DNA of 62,727 bases, the filler included, from Kipferlia bialata (lineage: Eukaryota), in assembly GCA_003568945.1 (NCBI GenBank). It is 4 parts of 4 records of this genome, joined end to end, with 100 filler letters (N's around TTAATTAATTAA, not from the genome) between each part and the next. Parts side by side here need not be neighbours in the genome. Positions count along the whole stretch, not along the records: positions 49,548 to 58,643 come from BDIP01000232.1; positions 58,744 to 62,727 come from BDIP01000289.1; 2 more parts are not named here. One strand, written 5' to 3'. Numbering within the stretch: the first letter of the stretch is position 1; each line of letters begins with the position of its first letter. The notes below the pieces were generated by a model. The model saw nothing but the letters and a program-made list of their open reading frames with translations, was not told where the DNA came from and did no database searches. The translations under genes were made by a program, and so were the position numbers. This document shows positions 54,001-62,727 of the stretch, piece by piece.

Positions 54001-57000
54001 GCAGCTTGAGCTCCTTCTTCATCTGGACCATCTCTGAGGGGTGAGAGATGGTGGGGTACAAAGAGGCAACTATGACCACAATAACACACCTGGGTAGGGG
54101 GTGACTGTCAGTCCGAACAGCTCCTCTCCACCGCTGTAGGTCTGCCACTTCCTCTCCCTCTCGGAGAAGCCTGGGGGTTAACAATTCAACTCGCGTAGAG
54201 AGAGAGAAAAGAAAGAGAGATACCAAATACCCGTACCAGCCTGGTACTTCTTGAGTCTGATCACAGCCTCCTGGGGGGCAATACCAGCAATGTTGGGACC
54301 GTTCCTGTTGTAAGAAGAGGACAAATGAAGAGTAGGGATACACAATAGGGATAGCGATACCTGTCGTAGTCTGCCTTAAACTCAGCCACGTCCACAACAA
54401 ACTCCTTGACGTTGCGGATGAGGTCGGTCTTGAAGCCCGGCTGGAGCTTCTTGAGGTTGTCCTGCACACCGACAGCCCTGGTCTGCAGCTGCCTGAGTCT
54501 GTAGCGGAGCTGGTCCACGAGCTCCGACTCGTCGGAGGAGACCCTCACGACGTACTTGGACAGAATGGCGTAGGTATCCTCGATGGGGATGATCCTGTGG
54601 TCGATCTTGGACTCGACCTCTCTCAGCTCAGCCATGTACGTCATGGTGGTCCGGACATCCTCCAGGTCGTCAACCTCCTGGGGGTCAGGGGCGGTATTCA
54701 GTCAGGATGTTAGAACTTGTGATGTAGACTGACCTTGGAGAGAGCCCTGTCGGTCTCGTCGATGAACTCGTGCAGCTTTATAAGGTCGCTCTTGGCCCTC
54801 TCGTTGAGCTGGGCGCCAAAGGTCTGCTTCCAGGCCCTGGCCTGACAGTGAGAGGGAAGGTATAGGAGATAGACATGGAATAGAAACCGTAATCTGAGGC
54901 ATTACCTCACTGAGGAGTGCGTTGATGAGGGGGGACGTGTTGATCTGGATGATACCGTACTGGGTCAGGGTCTCAAGGTCTGGGGTGAGTGGGTGTATAC
55001 ATAGACGCTGGATGGTATGTACACAAACATACTCACCCTGGAGCTGCTGCTCGATCTGGCCGTACTTCTCAATCTCGGCAGAGAAGTCCTCGAGGGTGGG
55101 CTCCTGACATGAGATGCATCCGAGGTTAAACATAATGTTTGTGAATCTGGGAGCGGTGTACCTTGCTCTGGAACTCGGCGTACACCTTGGCCTTGTCTCC
55201 AGACCACAGTTCGCTGTACTCACTGGCCTAGGGGTGAGGGACACACTGAAACCAAACATGGAAATATTGTGTGATGCATAGCGTGTACCTGTCCGAGCTG
55301 GTTGTTGACCCTCTTCTGGCAGGACTCAAACACTCCGCACAGGGTGATGATGGTCTTGAGGATGTTGCGAGACCTGGACAGCACGGGGTAGAAGGTGTCG
55401 GTGGGGTCGAGGTTCTCAGCCAGGGCCCATAGGGTCACGGGCTTCTCACTCTGGGGGTAAGGAGATGGTATTTCCAAGAGAGTCTACAAAAATAATAATG
55501 ATGCTCACCTTCTTGACCCTGGAGTTCTCCATCGGCCTGTCTCCTCCCTCCCTGTCCTTTCCCTCCTGCTCCTCCCTGGCCTGCTGCACAGCTGGGGGTG
55601 AGAGGCATGCAAAGTATGATAGATGACGAATTAGCGTATAGGGTATTTAACACATACATACCTCCGAGGATGGTGTCGAGCTTGTTCTTCTTGGGCACGT
55701 GTCTGGACACAGACAGCACGCTCTTGATCAGCTCGTGCAGGGTCCTCCTGAGGGTGTCCCAGGTGGGGGAGAGGCGGATCCTGGGGGTGAGCACTCAGAT
55801 CATATTCTGTTATGGATAATGATACATACAGGGTCAGTGAATATATATATCTATACCTTGGGACCACCAGCTCCACGTCGACAGAGATGAAGGGGGCGGG
55901 TGCCACAATGAGGCCTGTGGTGGGGTCCTTGTACATGTTGCCACTGGCGGAGGTGGCCGAGGAGGACTTGAGGGAGGTGGCGGTGGCCATGAGCTCGGCC
56001 CTGCCCACCTTCTCGGCCCTGATGCGGAAGAGGATGGCCCTGAAGGTCCTGTCAGATGCGTCAAAGATGGCGGCACCGATGGCCTCGTGATACTTGAGCA
56101 GGAACTCGGTGGTGGGGTTCACCTCCTGGTCCTTGGTGGTCAGGGAGGCCAGAGACAGCTTGGAGCGGGTCTGGGGGTGAGGACGGAGAGGTGAGAGGAC
56201 GGAGAGGTGAAAGGAAGTACAGGCTCAGAACATGGCGAGATATGGGTTAATGGAGCAGTATGTACCTTGGCAATCTGGTTCATGACCTCCTCGTTGAACA
56301 CACTGTTCTGGCGCACCATGCCCTTCTGGAGGGTAAGAACGTGTTGCATACCCAGATACTTGTATATTGTATGATACCCACTGCCCCTACCTTTGGTGTG
56401 GAGACCTCAGAGGGGGCGGATGGCTTGGTCCTCTTGACCCTGGAGTCGATGAGCCTGACAACGTCACAGACGGCAGAGTGCACAAGCTGGGAGTGGAGGG
56501 AGATGGCGGTGGCGGCGTTGCGGACGTGTGCCTGCTGCTTCCTCAGGTACTCGTGGTGTGTCATGCTGGGGGTGAGACTACACGTACACATGGAATGGAC
56601 ATTACATACAGATGATGGGGGTAGATTGAGAGGTTGAGATACCTCTCGTAGTCGATCTCCATCTCCTCCTCGGAGGTGTCGATGGTGTAGACAGGCAGCA
56701 CACACAGGCAGGTGTCAGCGATGGACTGGAGGGCAGACCTCACTCTCACGCTGAGGATGTCAGCCACAGCCTTGCAGGTCTCCTCGAGCCTGTCGCACAG
56801 ACGGTGGCAGGCCTGGGAGTAAGAGGGAGACTGGACACTTCAGATACAAAGGAGATATCGAATATATATAGCATATGTACCTGTGTGTATGACCCGATGT
56901 TGAGGGATGTCCAGCAGAGGGTGCGGAGACCCAGGGACAGGCGGCGGTCAAGCTGTCCGACCAGGGGTGCCACCATGTCTGTGACAGGGGCAGGGATGGT

Positions 57001-58593
57001 GGTGGTGACCTGCTCAACACGGTCCAGGAGGTGCTCGAGAGCGGCCCTGGTGTCAAAGAATGTATAACCAATCACTTTCATAACAGGTAGATATAATGAT
57101 GTATATGTCTGTACCTGTGCTTGAACAGACTGGCCTCGTGGATGGTCACGGCCTTGGCGGTGTCAGGGACAGAGAGACCTGACATGAGGGGAGAAAACAA
57201 ACACATACATAGAGAATAGTCCACACATACATACACTCACTCACCCATCTTGGCGAAGTGCCTGGCCTCAGCACAGAGGGACACAATGGTCTGGTCGAAG
57301 TTGACGTAGAGCTTGCCGGTGGTGGGGTGCTTGACCAGAACAGTGGCCTGGAGGGCGTGCCTGGCCTGGTCCACGGCCTGCAGCCAGGACTCGTGCCAGA
57401 GGCCCTCGAACTGGACAAGGGCCCTGCTCAGCTTGTTGTAGATCTTGACGGCCTTCCTGCCAGCCTGGGGGTGAGACAGAAGCAAATACAAGTGATCACT
57501 ATGTAATGTACATATAATAATAGTACGAACCTTGGAGGTCAGGAGGTGAGGGGCTGTCCTGAAGTGGGACATGGGCTCCTCGATCCTCTGCAACAGCAGT
57601 CTGGACCAGGCAATGGGACCGGCGAAGGGGGTCATGTCTCTGGGCACAGGGGGGCTGTTCTTGTAGACCTCATAGAGTCTGGTGATGGTGACACACTCCT
57701 GGTAGAAGCGGGTCAGGATCACGTCGTACTTGGCCCTCAGCATCTGGCGCAGAGAGTCCCTGGGGGGTCAGCACAGAAGAAAAAATGTTTAGGCCCAAAT
57801 GTATATTACAATAGCTACAGTACCTGGAGAGGAGCTTGTGGAGCTCCCTGAAGACTGTGAGCAGCTCAACGGATCTGACAGGCCTGTTGAAGGTCTGGTC
57901 GATGAAGACGCGCAGCTTCTCCTCGAGCTCAGCTACACCCTTCATGAACACAGCGTAGTCTGGGGGTGAGGGAATGGCAGATGGACTTATACATTGGTAT
58001 ATACATTAACACATGTCCCGTACCCTTGGAGAAGTGCTCTCCCTGCCTGTGGTCCAGGAGGTCGTAGTTCTTGCGCAGCTTGAGGCTGTTCAGGAGCTTT
58101 GTGAAGTAAGCCATGATCTCGTCCAGGCCAGAGAGCTGGCACTGCTGGAGGTTGCTGAACTGGAGGGCGGTGCTGAACACGTTGATGAGCTTCTTGATCC
58201 TGCCGCAGAACAGGTCAAAGTTGCCAAAGATGGCAGCCTGGGAGATAAGGACAAAAGAACTATATCTTCAATTGGAACATATAATAATCAGATCATAAAT
58301 GGTGATACCTGGCTGAAGTTGAACTGCTTGCTGCTGGGCTTGGCAGCCAGCCTCTCGGAGATGGCGTGGTACTCCCTGAAGGGTGAGAGGGTCAGTCATA
58401 CCCATACACATATATAGACATATCATTAAAGAATGTGTAATTAGAAGTACCTCTGGTATGTCTCGTTGAGTGCGAGACAGTCCACCATGCGCTGGACCAG
58501 GCCAGCCCAGTCCATGTCCCACAGGGTCCTGTCCCCGTCATCGTATGCAACCATGTTGTCGTCATCGTCATCACCGTCCTTCTTGGCCTTGGC
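51050..58593 (-). CDS. DNAH5: Axonemal outer-arm dynein heavy chain, gamma type (DNAH5/8-like): tail, linker and most of AAA1; partial at both ends
   Basis: [117 protein letters not shown]. Confidence 0.9.
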
Positions 58594-58643
58594 CTAGTGG
58601 GTAAGGGGGGGGGGGGGGGGGGGGTTGCCCCACAAAAATAAAA

Positions 58644-58743
58644 NNNNNNNNNNNNNNNNNNNNNNNNNNNNNNNNNNNNNNNNNNNNTTAATTAATTAAN
58701 NNNNNNNNNNNNNNNNNNNNNNNNNNNNNNNNNNNNNNNNNNN
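58644..58743. other. Artificial contig linker
   Basis: N44-TTAATTAATTAA-N44. Confidence 0.97.
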
Positions 58744-58769
58744 CTCCCAGGATCAGTGCTGCCATCATT

Positions 58770-58816
<47 letters not shown>

Positions 58817-58840
58817 TTATACCCCCAACTGATCTCCCAG

Positions 58841-59308
58841 GATCAGTGCTGCCATCATCGGTCTGTGCAAGCCAATCAGCGTAGGTATGATGTATGGTAT
58901 ATATATATGTATATAGAACTATGTATATATGTGAATGTGTATCATTGGTCTGTGCAAGCCAGTCAGCGTAGGTAAGATGTATGATGTATGTATATAGTAG
59001 TTCTATATAGTAGTTCTATATATGATCCTGCACGCCGCTCTGCGTAGGTACATCTCCATCTATGTATTAGTGTGAGTGTGTATATCTATCTCAACATGTG
59101 TATCATCTGTGCAAGCCAATCAGCGTTGCTAGTGGTACACACAGATGCGCTGACTACTCTCCTGATCTTCTGACTGTCTCTCTCTCTCTCTCTCTCTCTC
59201 CCCCTACTTAGTTGTTGCCAGGCCTTCCCCATTTTCACGACCCCACTTTATGTGTATCCTCTCTCTCTATAAATATTTGTATATCCTCACCCCAGAGGAC
59301 GACCGTAT

Positions 59309-59340
<32 letters not shown>

Positions 59341-62136
59341 TCTGTGTGTATATATACGTATATACCCTCACCCCAGAGGATGACCGAGCTGACCAGGATG
59401 ACATCCCGCTGGAGTTTGATGAGGTATGTATTCACAGATTTATAGTATACATTACATTATAGTGTATATATGGTATTTATATATATGTATATATAAACAT
59501 ATACTATGTATATCACCGAGCTGACCAGGATGACATCCCACTGGAGTTTGACGAGGTATATACATATATATACACAGATATACAAAAACACATATATATG
59601 ATATGTGTGTAGTGTGTGTCCCACTGGAGTTTGATGAGGTGTGGATGGGTAATATACCCTACATACACTATATATACCACTCTAACACCCTAGGAGGCCC
59701 CATTTCTCTATTGGGAGGGTGACAGGACAAGAGACATATACATATACCATATACATACACTCACATTTATAACACTCTCTCTAACACTCTAGGAGGCACC
59801 ATTTCTGTACTGGGAGGGTGACAGGACTAGGAGACCGATCCAGCGCAACAACAATGTGCCAGTGGACAGGATACTCAGGGGAATGGAGAAGGTACGACGA
59901 CTCTATCTATATTCATTACTATGGACGTATATACGTTTACATATACCATATTATCTGTATACATTAGTATCAACAATGTGCCTGTGGACAGGATACTCAG
60001 GGGGATGGAGAAGGTGGGTGTACGGACATGCATTTGGAAGTATTAGTGGTGTTTCGCGTATGTCTAACCCCCTCAGGACCACCAGTTTGTGAAGCGGCAC
60101 ATCCGCATATATATTTACTATATCTCGCGTATCTAACCCCAGGACCACCAGTTTGTGAAGCGGCACATCCTGAATGACCTGGATAGCATGGACAAGGGAG
60201 AGGGACTGGATGTCAATGGAGTGGTAGAGGTATGATACACTTATCTATATGTATATGTATATGTATGGAGAGGGGCTGGATGTCAATGGAGTGGTGGAGG
60301 TATGTATGTATATAGTATATATAGTATATATATATATATATCCTGAATGACCTGGATAGCATGGACAAGGGGGAGGGACTGGATGTGAATGGAGTGGTTG
60401 AGGTATATATAGTATATGTATATTGTATATAAATATATACATGAGTGTGACCTGACCAGCCTGGACAAGAGGGGCTTGTGTCGAAGGATACCCCATCTCT
60501 CTCTCTCTCTCTCTCGCTCTCTCCTTTTACACATACATAGATCCATACTCACCCCTAGTCTCAATCTTCCATCCCCTCTGAGCGTGCCATTGCCACATAC
60601 AGAGACTTCACCAGAAGGCCCAATGACAGTCCAAGCATAAGGTACACACACACACACACATATATATATGTCAGTGATAGGACAAGTACCAGTTACTCAT
60701 TTACTCCATCGAGAGTCTCTCTCTCTCTCCCTCTACACCCTCATTCCAGGCTGATTGGATCCATCAACTCAGACAGGTGTCCAGAGGAGAAGCCACCACC
60801 GGAGGTACACACTATATATTCTAGTCTCCCGATATATACCACACTAACTCGCTAGATTGCCCCTCTGTCTGAGGGTGTGGATGTCACAGAGGCACTGCAC
60901 CAGAGGAAGAGAGAGAGAGAGGCAGAGAGGGAGAGGGAGAGGGAGAGGGAGAGGAGAGCATGCGCCAACGCCAAGAGGTATCAATAATCATTCCGTACTC
61001 TATTCACCCTTGTTGCTTTTACTTTTTGGTTGTACCAATAGTGTTGCCAAAATGTAGTCCTTACTATCTCTCTTAGCTTTCTCTCCCCCTCTACACCCTC
61101 AATACAGGGACAGACTAGCAGAGGAGGAGAGAGAGAGAGAGAAGCACAAGTTCAACCCCATTGCTGTACTGGACTGGACAAAGCAGGTGTGTATTTATAT
61201 ATATATATAGAGAGAGAGAAATTCATTCTCACATAGATCTGTCTATGTATGATTTTTCTGGGTATACACGTACCCCCACGTCTCCTTCCTCTTTCTCTCT
61301 CTCTCTCTCTTTCTCTCTCTCTATATATATACTCGTTGTCTTACCCCAGGTCTCCTTCCGCCGTGCCACAGCATGCATCTATATATATATATGTCTACAC
61401 TATATGAGACTAGACATCGCATATGTCTGTATCTACCCTTATCCTCAGGTCTCCTTCCGCCGTACTATAGATGCATTTGTATATGTATATATCTATATAT
61501 ACTATACCAGACATACTATCCCATGTATATGTGCCCTTATTCCCAGGTCTCCTTCCGCCGTGCTATGGGCAGTGTCAGAGGGGAGAAGCAGGAGGTATGT
61601 GAAGATTAAGCATCCATATGTCTAGTCACTTAGAGAGTGAGAGCATGTGTGTACAGAAGTGTATCCACGACTGCATCACTCTCTCTCTCTCTCTCTACCC
61701 CTCTCTCTCTCTCCCTCTTACCCTCAGGCAGCTGAGGACGACTCTGCCGCTAGCAGTCCAGAGACAGAGGAACAGGCAAAGGTATACATGTGTATATATA
61801 TGTATATGTATATATATTGAGAGAGAGAGATAGAGGGGAAGAGGACACCAGCTCTCCAGAGACAGAGGAACAGGCAAAGGTATATATATATATATATGTA
61901 TTAGTATATATTAGTTATATTATATATTAGTATGTATATGTATATATATAGAGAGAGAGAGGGGTGGACACCAGCTCTCCAGAGACAGAGGAACAGGCAA
62001 AGGTATACATGTATAGACACATATACATGGATATATATGTATATATTTATATTAAGAGAGAGAGAGATGGGAGGAGGACACCAGCTCTCCAGAGACACAG
62101 GAGTAGGCAAAAGTATATATACATGCATATGAATAC

Positions 62137-62170
<34 letters not shown>

Positions 62171-62650
62171 CAGGAGCAGCAGAGGGAGAGGGACACCCGC
62201 CCTCAGCTGTTTCGATTCCTACAGTATACACATATATATATATATATATGTATTAGCCTAGTGATACCCCTTACTCACCCCCAGGAGCAGCAGCGGGAGA
62301 GAGACAGAGGACCAAATATCATATATATACAAATGTATATACATGTGTTTAGATACATTCGGATTGGCTCTCTCCATGTATATATGTCTATACCCTTTAT
62401 GCACTCACCCCCAGGAGCAGCAGAGGGAGAGAGACAGGGAGAGAGAGGCCGAGGAGGAGAGGGAGAGGGAGAGGGTGGCCGAAGAGGTATGTGAGACGGC
62501 ATGGTTATTTCTATACTCTACTCGTTTACGACAGGATTGTCTGAATATATAATATATATTTAATATTATATATAGTGTGCATGACTATGCGTATCCCGCC
62601 TAACCATCCAGGAGAGAGAGAGGGTGGCCAAGGAGAAGAAGCCGAAGAAG
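58841..62650 (+). CDS. Hypothetical protein with Glu/Arg-rich coiled coil; internal fragment with many short exons
   Basis: Spliced ISAAIIGLCKPISVEDDRADQDDIPLEFDEEAPFLYWEGDRTRRPIQRNNNVPVDRILRGMEKDHQFVKRHILNDLDSMDKGEGLDVNGVVE...KHKFNPIAVLDWTKQVSFRRAMGSVRGEKQE. Confidence 0.65.
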
Positions 62651-62662
62651 GTATGGAGATAG

Positions 62663-62693
<31 letters not shown>

Positions 62694-62727
62694 GGGGGGG
62701 GGGGGGGGGGGGGGGGAAAAAAAAAAC

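Noticed and set aside
50228..58417. Long plus-strand ORFs such as 50338-50820, 52280-52717 and 58013-58417
   Set aside because: Antisense shadows of GC3-rich dynein and RUVBL2 exons.
1..62727. tRNA, rRNA, snRNA genes and transposons
   Set aside because: None recognised by eye; no transposase, reverse transcriptase or terminal repeats seen. A covariance-model search would be needed to exclude small RNAs.

Overview
Intron-dense eukaryotic DNA from a flagellated, probably anaerobic protist. A Giardia-type transcarboxylase, an outer-arm dynein and fused branch-point/3' splice sites suggest a free-living fornicate such as Kipferlia (inference). The window is four contigs joined by artificial N44-TTAATTAATTAA-N44 linkers. 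Most supplied ORFs are noise, so genes were rebuilt by hand from GT-AG exons. Genes found: a BRCT + Ig/PH-like protein, a prokaryote-type carbonic anhydrase, a divergent RarA/WRNIP1, an orphan, an AccD-AccA-pyruvate carboxyltransferase-biotin carrier fusion, AATF/Bfr2, TRAPPC11, a discoidin-domain protein, the importin-beta N-terminus, one SET exon, a MATE transporter, a decayed kelch-like gene, the RUVBL2 last exon, an outer-arm dynein gamma fragment and a hypothetical protein. The main novel signal is that many introns hold tandem partial copies ('echoes') of the neighbouring exon ends with splice sites intact, and these differ from the real exon mostly at synonymous positions. Unrelated gene halves also meet out of phase at long poly-C/G runs, probably through misassembly. 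Family assignments come from recognised motifs, not database searches.
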